A stretch of 19,408 bases of DNA from Bacteroidota bacterium. GTDB lineage: Bacteria > Bacteroidota > Bacteroidia > Chitinophagales > Chitinophagaceae. The position numbers were made by a program, and so were the translations under genes. The stretch covers positions 1 through 19,408 of the forward strand of contig JAFAEW010000134.1 in the NCBI GenBank assembly GCA_023423835.1. The letters run 5' to 3'. The notes below the pieces were generated by a model. That model ran no database searches. It was not told the origin of the DNA and worked only from the letters and a program-made list of their open reading frames with translations. Of the stretch, positions 8,052 through 15,378 are shown one piece after another (positions within the stretch are counted from its first letter, which is position 1; each line of letters starts with the position of its first letter).

Positions 8052-8540
8052 ATGATGGAATTAATGGAAGGACAAAAAGCGCCGGCATTCAAAGCCAAAG
8101 ATCAGGATGGAAAGGATATTTCATTAGCCGATTTTAAAGGAAAGAAACTAGCCATCTACTTCTATCCGAAAGACATGACGCCCACCTGTACGGTGCAGGC
8201 CTGTAATCTGCGTGATAATTTTTCATTGCTGAAAGAACATGGCATTGAAATAATCGGCATTAGTCCGGACGATGAAAAAAGTCATAAAAAGTTTGAGTCA
8301 AGACACGACCTTCCGTTTCGTCTGGTTGCCGATCCCTCGCATAAAATTCTTGAAAAATATGGTGTTTGGGTCGAAAAGAAATTGTTTGGTCACAAATATA
8401 TGGGCGTTAGAAGAACCACTTTTCTGATTGATGAAAAAGGGAAGATCGTGAAGGTCATCGGCAAGCCGAAATCAGGTGATCATGCGAAACAGATCATTCG
8501 CGAATGGAAAAAATTACAAACTGGTGCAGACCCGGTCTAG
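8052..8540 (+). CDS. bcp: thioredoxin-dependent peroxiredoxin Bcp/PrxQ (bacterioferritin comigratory protein)
   Basis: 162 aa with the peroxidatic/resolving cysteine motif 'YFYPKDMTPTCTVQAC', diagnostic of Bcp. Starts 7 bp after the M23 peptidase gene, so likely the same operon. Confidence 0.9.
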   Translation: MMELMEGQKAPAFKAKDQDGKDISLADFKGKKLAIYFYPKDMTPTCTVQACNLRDNFSLLKEHGIEIIGISPDDEKSHKKFESRHDLPFRLVADPSHKILEKYGVWVEKKLFGHKYMGVRRTTFLIDEKGKIVKVIGKPKSGDHAKQIIREWKKLQTGADPV

Positions 8541-9460
8541 ATCAGGGAAATATCGAAATTAACCAGTTGCACGAATTGGCGGATTCTGTTTTCTATGTCT
8601 TTTTTGGAAATTTCCTTCAATCGCAGCACGCCAAATTTTTCAACACAGAAGCTTGCCATTGCCGATCCGACAATAATGGCCGTCTTCATATTTTCAAACG
8701 AAATATCCTTTGTCTTCGCCAGGAATCCGATAAATCCTCCTGCAAACGTATCGCCGGCGCCGGTGGGATCAAAAACTTCCTCAAGTGGTAAGGCCGGCGC
8801 GAAGAAAACCTGGTTTTTGTGAAACAGCAAGGCTCCGTGCTCTCCCTTCTTAATGATCAGATATTGGGGGCCCATCTGCAGTATTTTTTTTGCCGCTTTT
8901 ACCAGCGAATATTCTCCGGTTAGTTGCCGCGCTTCACTGTCATTTACCAATAAAACATCGGTCATGGTAATGGCGGTTTTCAGGTCAGGCAGTGCCACCT
9001 CCATCCAAAAATTCATGGTATCCAAAACGATCAGTTTCGGCCGTGTTGCCATTTGTTTGATCACACTTTGCTGAACGGAAGGAACGAGGTTTCCCAACAT
9101 CAGGAATTCTGAGTTTCTGAACTGTTGGGGAATAACGGGATTAAAATCTGCCAGAACATTCAGATCGGTTACAAGGGTGTCGCGGGTATTCATATCCATA
9201 TGGTACCTCCCGCTCCAGAAAAATGATTTTTTATCGGGAATCATCTCTACGCCATCCAGTTGCACACCTCTTGCCTCCAGTTCATCGAGTTCGGTCCGGG
9301 GAAAATCATATCCTACGATTGAAACCTGTTGTACCGGTTGCACAAAGTTGCTGGCAGCATAAGCCGCATAGCTTGCCGATCCGCCAATCGTTTTATCTGA
9401 TTTGCCAAAAGGCGTTTCAATATCGTCGAAAGCCATTGTTCCTACTACCAATACCGACAT
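8537..9460 (-). CDS. PfkB family carbohydrate/nucleoside kinase (ribokinase superfamily)
   Basis: 307 aa. C-terminal PfkB signature 'DPTGAGDTFAGGFIGFLA' and an N-terminal glycine-rich substrate lid region ('VVGTMAFDDIETPFG...GGSASY'). Its stop overlaps the bcp stop. Confidence 0.85.
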   Translation of the reverse strand: MSVLVVGTMAFDDIETPFGKSDKTIGGSASYAAYAASNFVQPVQQVSIVGYDFPRTELDELEARGVQLDGVEMIPDKKSFFWSGRYHMDMNTRDTLVTDLNVLADFNPVIPQQFRNSEFLMLGNLVPSVQQSVIKQMATRPKLIVLDTMNFWMEVALPDLKTAITMTDVLLVNDSEARQLTGEYSLVKAAKKILQMGPQYLIIKKGEHGALLFHKNQVFFAPALPLEEVFDPTGAGDTFAGGFIGFLAKTKDISFENMKTAIIVGSAMASFCVEKFGVLRLKEISKKDIENRIRQFVQLVNFDISLI

Positions 9461-9579
9461 AATGATGATTTTAAAAAGCGGCGCAAACCTATTACATTTA
9501 AGGCTAAAGCGAGCCGATTTTAAATTTTTTATTCTTTCCTTAAAAAAGCCGGTTTTTTGTAGCCGTAAATTCAGAAGTA

Positions 9580-10293
9580 ATGGCAGACCTCTACTTGGTA
9601 AATTTTCTCATCCTTTTAGCTGGATTTTTTTCGTATCAACTGAAGTTGCTTACCGGCTTTGCGGCTTTTTGGGGAACGGTTATCGCCTTGCTGCTTTTTT
9701 ATTGTTTTGGTTATACCGGTCTTTGTCTGATGTCGGCTTTCTTCATTTTTGGCAATGCGGTTACCTCTTTCAGCCTGTGGAAATCTAAACGAAGAAAGAC
9801 GGTTTACAGGGAAAAAAGGACGGCTTCGCAGGTATTGGCGAATGGCGGTCTTGCCGGAATTATCAGCATCACTTATCTCATTACACATGAACAAACGATG
9901 CTTTTGCCCCTGATGATAGCAGCGGTTTTTGCATCCACTACCTCAGATACATTTTCCTCAGAACTTGGAATTATTTATGGAAAAAACAGTTACAACCTCC
10001 TGACTTTTAAAAAGGAATGGCCGGGCGCCGATGGCCTTGTAAGTTTGGAAGGATCTTTATGCGGCGTCATCGGTGCTGCGCTGATTGCTGTAATTTTTTG
10101 TGCAATGAATGGATGGAATAGCTGGTTTTGGTGGATTTTTATTTCAGGTGTCGGCGGTAATCTTGCCGATTCTGTTCTCGGACTCCTGTTTCAGCGGAAA
10201 GGCATTATGAGCAATGATGGCGTGAATTTTTTTAATACGGTCATTGCCGCATTAATCCTGATTTTCTTTTGGGCGGTTGCCGGACCGGGTTAA
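9580..10293 (+). CDS. DUF92 / COG1836 (TIGR00297-like) integral membrane protein; the VTE6-like putative CTP-dependent prenyl-phosphate kinase family
   Basis: 237 aa, polytopic (6-7 hydrophobic segments). Motifs reminiscent of DUF92: 'RTASQVLANGGLAG' and C-terminal 'GVGGNLADSVLGLLFQ'. The family assignment is from memory of the motifs, not a search. Confidence 0.6.
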   Translation: MADLYLVNFLILLAGFFSYQLKLLTGFAAFWGTVIALLLFYCFGYTGLCLMSAFFIFGNAVTSFSLWKSKRRKTVYREKRTASQVLANGGLAGIISITYLITHEQTMLLPLMIAAVFASTTSDTFSSELGIIYGKNSYNLLTFKKEWPGADGLVSLEGSLCGVIGAALIAVIFCAMNGWNSWFWWIFISGVGGNLADSVLGLLFQRKGIMSNDGVNFFNTVIAALILIFFWAVAGPG

Positions 10294-10328
10294 ATAGAAG
10301 AAAGATTTTTCTGCCGCGGCAAAATATC

Positions 10329-11720
10329 CTAGTCCCAATTCTGCAATTGTGCGGCAACGGAATGAGCAAAATCAGACAAGGAAGGATCTCTTGCTCCCAT
10401 CAGCAGTAAAACGCAATTCTCCTGCAAATGCGGTTTTATTGCATCAAAAAGATCGTTTCTGTTTTCAACGAAATAGGCGTTCTTCCCTTTTTCCCTGATT
10501 CCGGCAATCAGATCATTGGCGGAAATGTTTTTTGTGGTGGTTCCGCCGGCATAAAATATTTCGCTCATCCAGATTTCATCCTGCGGCCGCAATGCATTGG
10601 CAATCTCTTCAATAAATTCCTGTTCGAGGAACTTTGTTGGAACGTAGCCGTGCGGTTGAAACCATGCAATAACTTTTGATCCCAAAGGCTGACAAGCTTT
10701 TATTGACACTGCACATTTCACGGGATTATGCGCGTAGTCATCGATCAGTAAAACACCGTTTTTCTCTGCAAGCAGTTGGTGCCTGCGGTAAATTCCTTCA
10801 TAGCTTTTCAGCGCTTCAGAACAGGTTTGCAGATCAATTCCTATCTGATGGGCAACCGCCACGGCTGCCACCGCATTTTCCATATTGTGTTTTCCCACCA
10901 GATTCAATTCAAACGGAACACCATTTATTGCGAATGAAATTTTTAATCCGTTTTGTGAAAAGCCGGAAGCCCTATAGCCAGGGTTTTCCTCGCCTTCCTC
11001 TGTTGAGAAATCATGGGCTGCATTTTGTGAAAGCGAGGCAGCGAGAGGATGTAAACGGTTTACAACAAACTTTTCCCTGGTATTTTGTTTGAAAGTTGTA
11101 AAGATCGACACGAGGTCATCTACGGTCTTATGATCTTTATCGATGTTGAGCAGCAGGCCGATTTCAGGGTGGTATTGCACAATCGAGCCGTCGCTTTCAT
11201 CGGCTTCAATTACGAGCCATTCGCCCGTCCCGTATTTTGCGTTTCCGATTTTATTTTGCTCAATCAGTTTTATGAGTCCCGCCCCGCTGATAATTCCAGG
11301 ATTAAGTCCTGCAAACTCAAGAATATCGAAGATCATGGCGGCGGTTGTACTTTTTCCCGAAGTGCCACCCACTGCGATGGTCTTTTTTGAATCCGCAATC
11401 AGCGAAAGCATTTCTGATCTTTTTAAAATCGGAATTCCAAGGCTTTTCGCTTTCTGAACTTCGGGCACTGAATCTTCAATGGCGGTTGAAACGATAACGA
11501 GTTGCGTTTCCGCCGTTATTCCTTCGCCATTTTGGATAAAACATTTTATGCCTTCGGCTTCGAGTTTTTCTTTTGTTTCGTTGTATAAACCCGGTTTAAA
11601 ATAGCGGTCGCTTCCATACACTTTTTTGCCTGATGCTGCCAGCCATTGTGCCAAAGCGCTCATGCCCGTTCCGGCTATTCCGATAAAGAAAATATTATCT
11701 GTTTCGTTCAGAGAGATCAT
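10329..11720 (-). CDS. murC: MurC-family Mur ligase (UDP-N-acetylmuramate--L-alanine ligase-like; Mpl-like alternative not excluded)
   Basis: N-terminal Rossmann motif 'FFIGIAGTGMSALAQWLAASGKKVYGSD' and P-loop 'VGGTSGKSTTAAM'. C-terminal 'IDDYAHNPV' and 'FQPHGY' resemble MurC 'DDYAHHP' and 'FQPHRY'. ATG start chosen at 11720 ('MISLNETDN...'); an upstream TTG at 11744 would overlap ruvB by 11 bp. Confidence 0.8.
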   Translation of the reverse strand: MISLNETDNIFFIGIAGTGMSALAQWLAASGKKVYGSDRYFKPGLYNETKEKLEAEGIKCFIQNGEGITAETQLVIVSTAIEDSVPEVQKAKSLGIPILKRSEMLSLIADSKKTIAVGGTSGKSTTAAMIFDILEFAGLNPGIISGAGLIKLIEQNKIGNAKYGTGEWLVIEADESDGSIVQYHPEIGLLLNIDKDHKTVDDLVSIFTTFKQNTREKFVVNRLHPLAASLSQNAAHDFSTEEGEENPGYRASGFSQNGLKISFAINGVPFELNLVGKHNMENAVAAVAVAHQIGIDLQTCSEALKSYEGIYRRHQLLAEKNGVLLIDDYAHNPVKCAVSIKACQPLGSKVIAWFQPHGYVPTKFLEQEFIEEIANALRPQDEIWMSEIFYAGGTTTKNISANDLIAGIREKGKNAYFVENRNDLFDAIKPHLQENCVLLLMGARDPSLSDFAHSVAAQLQNWD

Positions 11721-11733
11721 TCGATAAATTTTT

Positions 11734-12780
11734 TCAGGCCCCAAGATCTGTAAATAAACTTCCCATATACGGGTTTTGCGGATGATTTTTTCCGAGATGA
11801 TTATACGCTTTCACGGTCACTTCCCTTCCTCTTGCGGTTCGTTGAATAAATCCTTCCTGAATGAGGAAAGGCTCGTACACTTCTTCAATCGTTCCGGGTT
11901 CTTCTCCCACCGCGGTTGCAATCGTTGTTAATCCCACCGGACCACCTTTGAATTTCTCAATGATGGTTGATAAAATACGGTTATCCATTTCATCCAATCC
12001 GAATTTATCAACATTCAAAGCCTTCAATGCATGTTGTGTGATGCCAATGTCTATCTGTCCGTCATTCAATACCTGAGCGAAATCTCTCACCCTTCTGAGC
12101 AGGCCGTTGGCGATACGCGGAGTACCGCGGCTTCGACCGGCAATCTCGGCTGCAGCTTCTTCAGATATTGGCGTTTTAAGAATTTCAGCGCTTCGTTTGA
12201 TGATATTTTTCAGGGTATTCGAATTGTAATATTCGAGTCGCGATTTTATTCCAAAGCGTGACAAAAGGGGCGCGGTTAATAATCCGCTTCTAGTGGTTGC
12301 GCCAATTAAAGTAAATGGATTCAGGTTGAGTTGAATACTTCTCGCATTAGGGCCGGTATCAATCATAATGTCTATCTTGAAATCCTCCATCGCCGCGTAT
12401 AGATATTCTTCAACCACCGTGCTTAAGCGGTGAATTTCATCGATAAATAAGACGTCGTTTGGTTCAAGATTAGTCAGTAATCCGGCAAGATCTCCGGGCT
12501 TTTCAATCACCGGGCCGGAGGTTTCTCTAATGTTTACCCCCAGTTCATTCGCAACAATGCGGCTTAAAGTAGTTTTGCCGAGTCCGGGCGGGCCGTGAAA
12601 AAGCACGTGATCCAGCGCTTCTCCTCTTAATTTCGCCGCCTTGATGAAGATGATGAGATTTTCAATGATCTGATCCTGCCCGGCAAACTCGATGATTTCC
12701 TTCGGTCTGATCCGGTTTTCAAATTCTTTTTCCGCTTCATTCAAATCCGATTTCTCGGTATGTAAATTTGGATTGCTCAT
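11734..12780 (-). CDS. ruvB: Holliday junction branch-migration ATPase RuvB
   Basis: 348 aa. Walker A '[10 protein letters not shown]', Walker B 'LFIDEIHRL', and sensor/arginine-finger regions. Overall colinear with RuvB. Confidence 0.96.
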   Translation of the reverse strand: MSNPNLHTEKSDLNEAEKEFENRIRPKEIIEFAGQDQIIENLIIFIKAAKLRGEALDHVLFHGPPGLGKTTLSRIVANELGVNIRETSGPVIEKPGDLAGLLTNLEPNDVLFIDEIHRLSTVVEEYLYAAMEDFKIDIMIDTGPNARSIQLNLNPFTLIGATTRSGLLTAPLLSRFGIKSRLEYYNSNTLKNIIKRSAEILKTPISEEAAAEIAGRSRGTPRIANGLLRRVRDFAQVLNDGQIDIGITQHALKALNVDKFGLDEMDNRILSTIIEKFKGGPVGLTTIATAVGEEPGTIEEVYEPFLIQEGFIQRTARGREVTVKAYNHLGKNHPQNPYMGSLFTDLGA

Positions 12781-12802
12781 TTATTGCACGATTCCTTTCC
12801 TG

Positions 12803-12812
12803 CGAAATTATA
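12803..12812 (-). promoter_or_regulatory. candidate ruvB promoter -10/-7 element (TATAATTTCG on the minus strand)
   Basis: The reverse complement of 12803-12812 reads TATAATTTCG. That is a sigma70-like TATAAT and a 7/8 match to Bacteroidota TAnnTTTG, ~23 nt upstream of the ruvB ATG. Confidence 0.3.
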
Positions 12813-12960
12813 CGTTTCTGCCTAAAGCGTTTTCTTTATTCCCGTTAGTGGCAATGAATTAAACGACAGTGTGGCCCGATTATTTTTCTGAAAGGAAGAT
12901 TGCAGAAGGTCAGCGGACTTCCGGTATTTTCCGGTTACTTCTTCTATTGGTCCGTTATGA

Positions 12961-13866
12961 CTAAGGTTTATCCATGCTTAAAATAAGGCCGTTTCCCGAT
13001 TGTACCTGCGGCAGTTTTCCATCCCATTTGTTTATCTTCTGATATTCAATGTAGTTGGGCGTAAGCGAAACCTGCTTTCTTCTGATGGCTTCCGCTTCTC
13101 CTGCCGCTTCAATTACCATTGCGGCACTATCGGCTCTTGCCTGTGCGATCTTTCTTTCTCCTTCAGCTATTGCCACGAGTTTTTGATTTTCCGCAACCTG
13201 TACTTCCTGAATGGCTTTGGTCTTTGCTTCGATTGATTGTTGCAAAGCAGGCGGCGGTGTAATGTTTGTGCGCAACTGTGAGATTGTAAACCATTTCGAT
13301 ACGCGCTTATTGGCTTCGTGAATGATGTCTGATTCAAAATGTTCGCGCTCATTGAAAATGCTGTCTACCGACCACTTGTTGGCCACATCATTGACGGTTC
13401 CCACAATCGCGGTTTGCAACCATTGATGTTCGATACTTTTGATGTCTAACCTCAAACTTTGAAACATATCCCCAACATCTCCCGGTTTCAAGGCATAATT
13501 GAAGGATGGCTTAATGCTGGCACTGAATCCTCCCTTCGTGATTACCTGTTGTTCAGGATAATCGATGTGTTGCTGGTACACCGGAAATTCGTACAATCTG
13601 CTTATCCATGAATTATACAACACCCATCCCGTTTTATATTCAAATTTGCTCACACCGCGATTATCGCCCGTAAGGTTTACTTTAATGCCAACATGGCCCG
13701 CATCAACCCGTTTCACAATAAATGGTTGAACCAATGCGATTACCACGCCGGCTAGCAGGATAAACAGAAGCCTTGCCCACGAACCCGTGTTCAGATTTCC
13801 TCTTTGCTTTCGGTAAAGCGCGAATGTCAATAATACAGTAACAACTAAAAAAACGACAGTGATCAT
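12961..13866 (-). CDS. SPFH/Band-7 (prohibitin/stomatin/HflC-like) domain membrane protein
   Basis: 301 aa. N-terminal transmembrane helix 'MITVVFLVVTVLLTFALY'. An SPFH core followed by an Ala/Glu-rich coiled-coil tail ('AIQEVQVAENQKLVAIAEGERKIAQARADSAAMVIEAAGEAEAIRRK') typical of HflK/C and band-7 proteins. Confidence 0.8.
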   Translation of the reverse strand: MITVVFLVVTVLLTFALYRKQRGNLNTGSWARLLFILLAGVVIALVQPFIVKRVDAGHVGIKVNLTGDNRGVSKFEYKTGWVLYNSWISRLYEFPVYQQHIDYPEQQVITKGGFSASIKPSFNYALKPGDVGDMFQSLRLDIKSIEHQWLQTAIVGTVNDVANKWSVDSIFNEREHFESDIIHEANKRVSKWFTISQLRTNITPPPALQQSIEAKTKAIQEVQVAENQKLVAIAEGERKIAQARADSAAMVIEAAGEAEAIRRKQVSLTPNYIEYQKINKWDGKLPQVQSGNGLILSMDKP

Positions 13867-14030
13867 TTAAAAAGAGATTTTAGCGGTTTATAAATCAAAA
13901 AATAAAGCGCAACGATTTCAATTACTATAAATAATACAAACAATACAGTTGACGATTGGCGGTTTACCATATATTCGGCGCCTACAGTTGTGATGGCGAT
14001 GAATAAAAATATTTTCAAAAGCGTTTTCAT
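13863..14030 (-). CDS. unannotated 55-aa small membrane protein (two predicted TM helices), translationally coupled to the SPFH gene
   Basis: The minus-strand ORF, which I translated by hand, is ATG(14030)...TGA(13863): MKTLLKIFLFIAITTVGAEYMVNRQSSTVLFVLFIVIEIVALYFLIYKPLKSLFK. Two hydrophobic stretches. Its TGA overlaps the SPFH ATG (ATGA, 13863-13866). It falls below the 61-aa floor of the ORF track. Confidence 0.5.
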   Translation of the reverse strand: MKTLLKIFLFIAITTVGAEYMVNRQSSTVLFVLFIVIEIVALYFLIYKPLKSLFK

Positions 14031-14044
14031 TTGTTTTGGTATAG

Positions 14045-14059
14045 AATAACCGGGTTATT
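14045..14059. promoter_or_regulatory. 15-bp palindrome AATAACC-g-GGTTATT, candidate operator in the divergent small-ORF/SPFH and aldo-keto reductase promoter region
   Basis: 7-bp perfect arms around one central base. It sits 15 bp upstream (in minus-strand sense) of the small-ORF ATG and ~225 bp upstream of the aldo/keto reductase ATG. It cannot form a useful RNA hairpin (1-3 nt loop), so a DNA-binding site is the more plausible reading. Confidence 0.3.
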
Positions 14060-14256
14060 GCTTTAATTGTAAAACTAACTTCGGGGCAAAATACGGCAAT
14101 TTGCAGGAGCTTGTTTGTGTTTAAGAATTTTTTAAAGTGAAAGGATTGTGGTTTTCCTCAATTAGTGCCGGAATTTTTTTGGAGAAATCACCGGATCAGA
14201 AATGCTTTCGTCCCATTGATTCCATAAATCATAAATATCCCAATGTTTTATTAGGT

Positions 14257-14264
14257 AGATTTGT
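14257..14264 (+). promoter_or_regulatory. Bacteroidota-type -7 promoter element TAGATTTG upstream of the aldo/keto reductase gene
   Basis: Perfect TAnnTTTG match ending 20 nt before the ATG at 14285. A T-rich stretch 'TGTTTTATT' lies ~15 nt upstream, but there is no exact -33 TTTG at the canonical spacing. Confidence 0.4.
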
Positions 14265-14284
14265 AACCACTTAAAGTTTGACAG

Positions 14285-15307
14285 ATGAAATATAAATTAT
14301 TGGGGCCATCGGGACTGAAAGTAAGTGAACTTTGTCTCGGTACAATGGGCTTTGGAACGGAAAACGATTGGGGAGCAGATCGTGACGAAAGCTTTGCAAT
14401 TCTCGGGGAATTTGCAGATGCAGGAGGAAACTTCATTGATACCGCTAACCTTTATAAGACGGGCACGAGCGAAAAATTTATCGGAGAATATCTGCAGAAT
14501 CATGACCGCGATTATTTTGTCATAGCAACCAAATATTCTCTGAGAGACAATACCGTAAATCCGAATGCATCAGGCAACAACCGGAAAAATCTGATGCGCA
14601 GTGTGGAAGGCAGTTTAAAACGATTAAATGCAGGTTTTATTGATTTGTTGTATTTGCATTGCTGGGATGATCTTACTCCGGTTGAAGAGATTTTGAGGGG
14701 AATGGATGATCTGATTCGACAAGGAAAAGTAAATTACATTGCCATCAGCGATACACCTGCCTGGGTTGTCTCCAAAGCAAACACATTGGCAGAATTAATG
14801 GGATGGAGCAAATTCATCGCGTTGCAGATCGAATACAGCCTGCTCGCAAGGTCGGCCGAAAGAGAATTGATTCCAATGGCAAAACATCTTGGAATAACGG
14901 TAACTCCCTGGGCACCGCTTGCGGGAGGCGCTCTCACAGGAAAATACCTGAGGGGCGAAAAGGGCAGAATCAAGGCAAACAGCAAAAGACTGGATGAAAA
15001 GAGCCGCGAAATAACCACCGAAGTGGTAAATCTCGCAAAAAAGCTAAACGTTGAACCGGCACATGTTGCCCTGAAATGGATGATGCAAAAAGATTTTTCC
15101 TGCATCCCGATTGTGGGGGCAACAAGCACAAAGCAACTGAAACAGAATTTGCAAACACTCGATGTTCAAATTCCGCCGGAAGACATGCAACAGCTCGATG
15201 AGATCAGTAAGATTGATCTCGGATTTCCGGGTGAGTTTTTTAAGGAAGACAATATGCGTTTAAATAATTACGGAGGATTTTACGATCAGATTGAAAAAAG
15301 ACACTGA
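14285..15307 (+). CDS. aldo/keto reductase family oxidoreductase (Tas/YhdN-like, AKR11-14 type)
   Basis: 340 aa. Begins with the family-typical 'LGPSGLKVSELCLGTMGFG'. Active-site region 'IDTANLYKTG' (Asp/Tyr/Lys) and 'YLHCWDD' (His). Ends with the characteristic 'IPIVGATSTKQLKQNL' NADPH-binding tail. Confidence 0.9.
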   Translation: MKYKLLGPSGLKVSELCLGTMGFGTENDWGADRDESFAILGEFADAGGNFIDTANLYKTGTSEKFIGEYLQNHDRDYFVIATKYSLRDNTVNPNASGNNRKNLMRSVEGSLKRLNAGFIDLLYLHCWDDLTPVEEILRGMDDLIRQGKVNYIAISDTPAWVVSKANTLAELMGWSKFIALQIEYSLLARSAERELIPMAKHLGITVTPWAPLAGGALTGKYLRGEKGRIKANSKRLDEKSREITTEVVNLAKKLNVEPAHVALKWMMQKDFSCIPIVGATSTKQLKQNLQTLDVQIPPEDMQQLDEISKIDLGFPGEFFKEDNMRLNNYGGFYDQIEKRH

Positions 15308-15333
15308 TCCGAAATCTCAATTAAAATTAAAAC

Positions 15334-15345
15334 TGAAAATTTTCA
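15334..15345. promoter_or_regulatory. 12-bp AT-rich perfect palindrome TGAAAATTTTCA upstream of the PLP-enzyme gene
   Basis: Perfect palindrome 34 bp upstream of the ATG at 15379 in a 71-bp AT-rich intergenic region. A palindrome this AT-rich could be chance. Confidence 0.2.
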
Positions 15346-15378
15346 TTCACATTATAAACGTTAGAAAAAGATAAACAC

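Noticed and set aside
8504-9462. Several plus-strand ORFs (8504..8791, 8595..8822, 8853..9074, 9177..9362, 9223..9462) inside the PfkB kinase gene
   Set aside because: They lie antisense to a well-supported kinase CDS with clear PfkB motifs. They are short and low-complexity, with no recognisable motifs, so they are treated as shadow ORFs.
9402-9894. ORFs 9402..9788 (+) and 9616..9894 (-) overlapping the DUF92 gene start
   Set aside because: 9402..9788 is a different frame running across the divergent promoter into the DUF92 gene. The in-frame ATG at 9580 with a coherent polytopic membrane protein is preferred. The minus-strand ORF is an antisense shadow.
10304-10328. Perfect 10-bp palindrome TGCCGCGGCA with AT-rich flanks between the convergent DUF92 and Mur ligase genes, considered as a bidirectional terminator
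   Set aside because: The GC palindrome has no room for a loop (a stem of at most 3-4 bp if a loop is forced), so it is a poor intrinsic terminator. It may be a chance palindrome or a protein site, and is not reported as a feature.
10428-11457. Plus-strand ORFs antisense to the Mur ligase (10428..10679, 10676..11092, 11085..11390, 11143..11457), and 11861..12261 antisense to ruvB
   Set aside because: Shadow ORFs of strongly supported minus-strand genes, with no motifs.
15308-15378. SAM/methionine riboswitch upstream of the trans-sulfuration PLP enzyme
   Set aside because: The intergenic region is only 71 bp and AT-rich, with no GC-paired helices. That is too short for SAM-I/II/IV-type riboswitch architectures.
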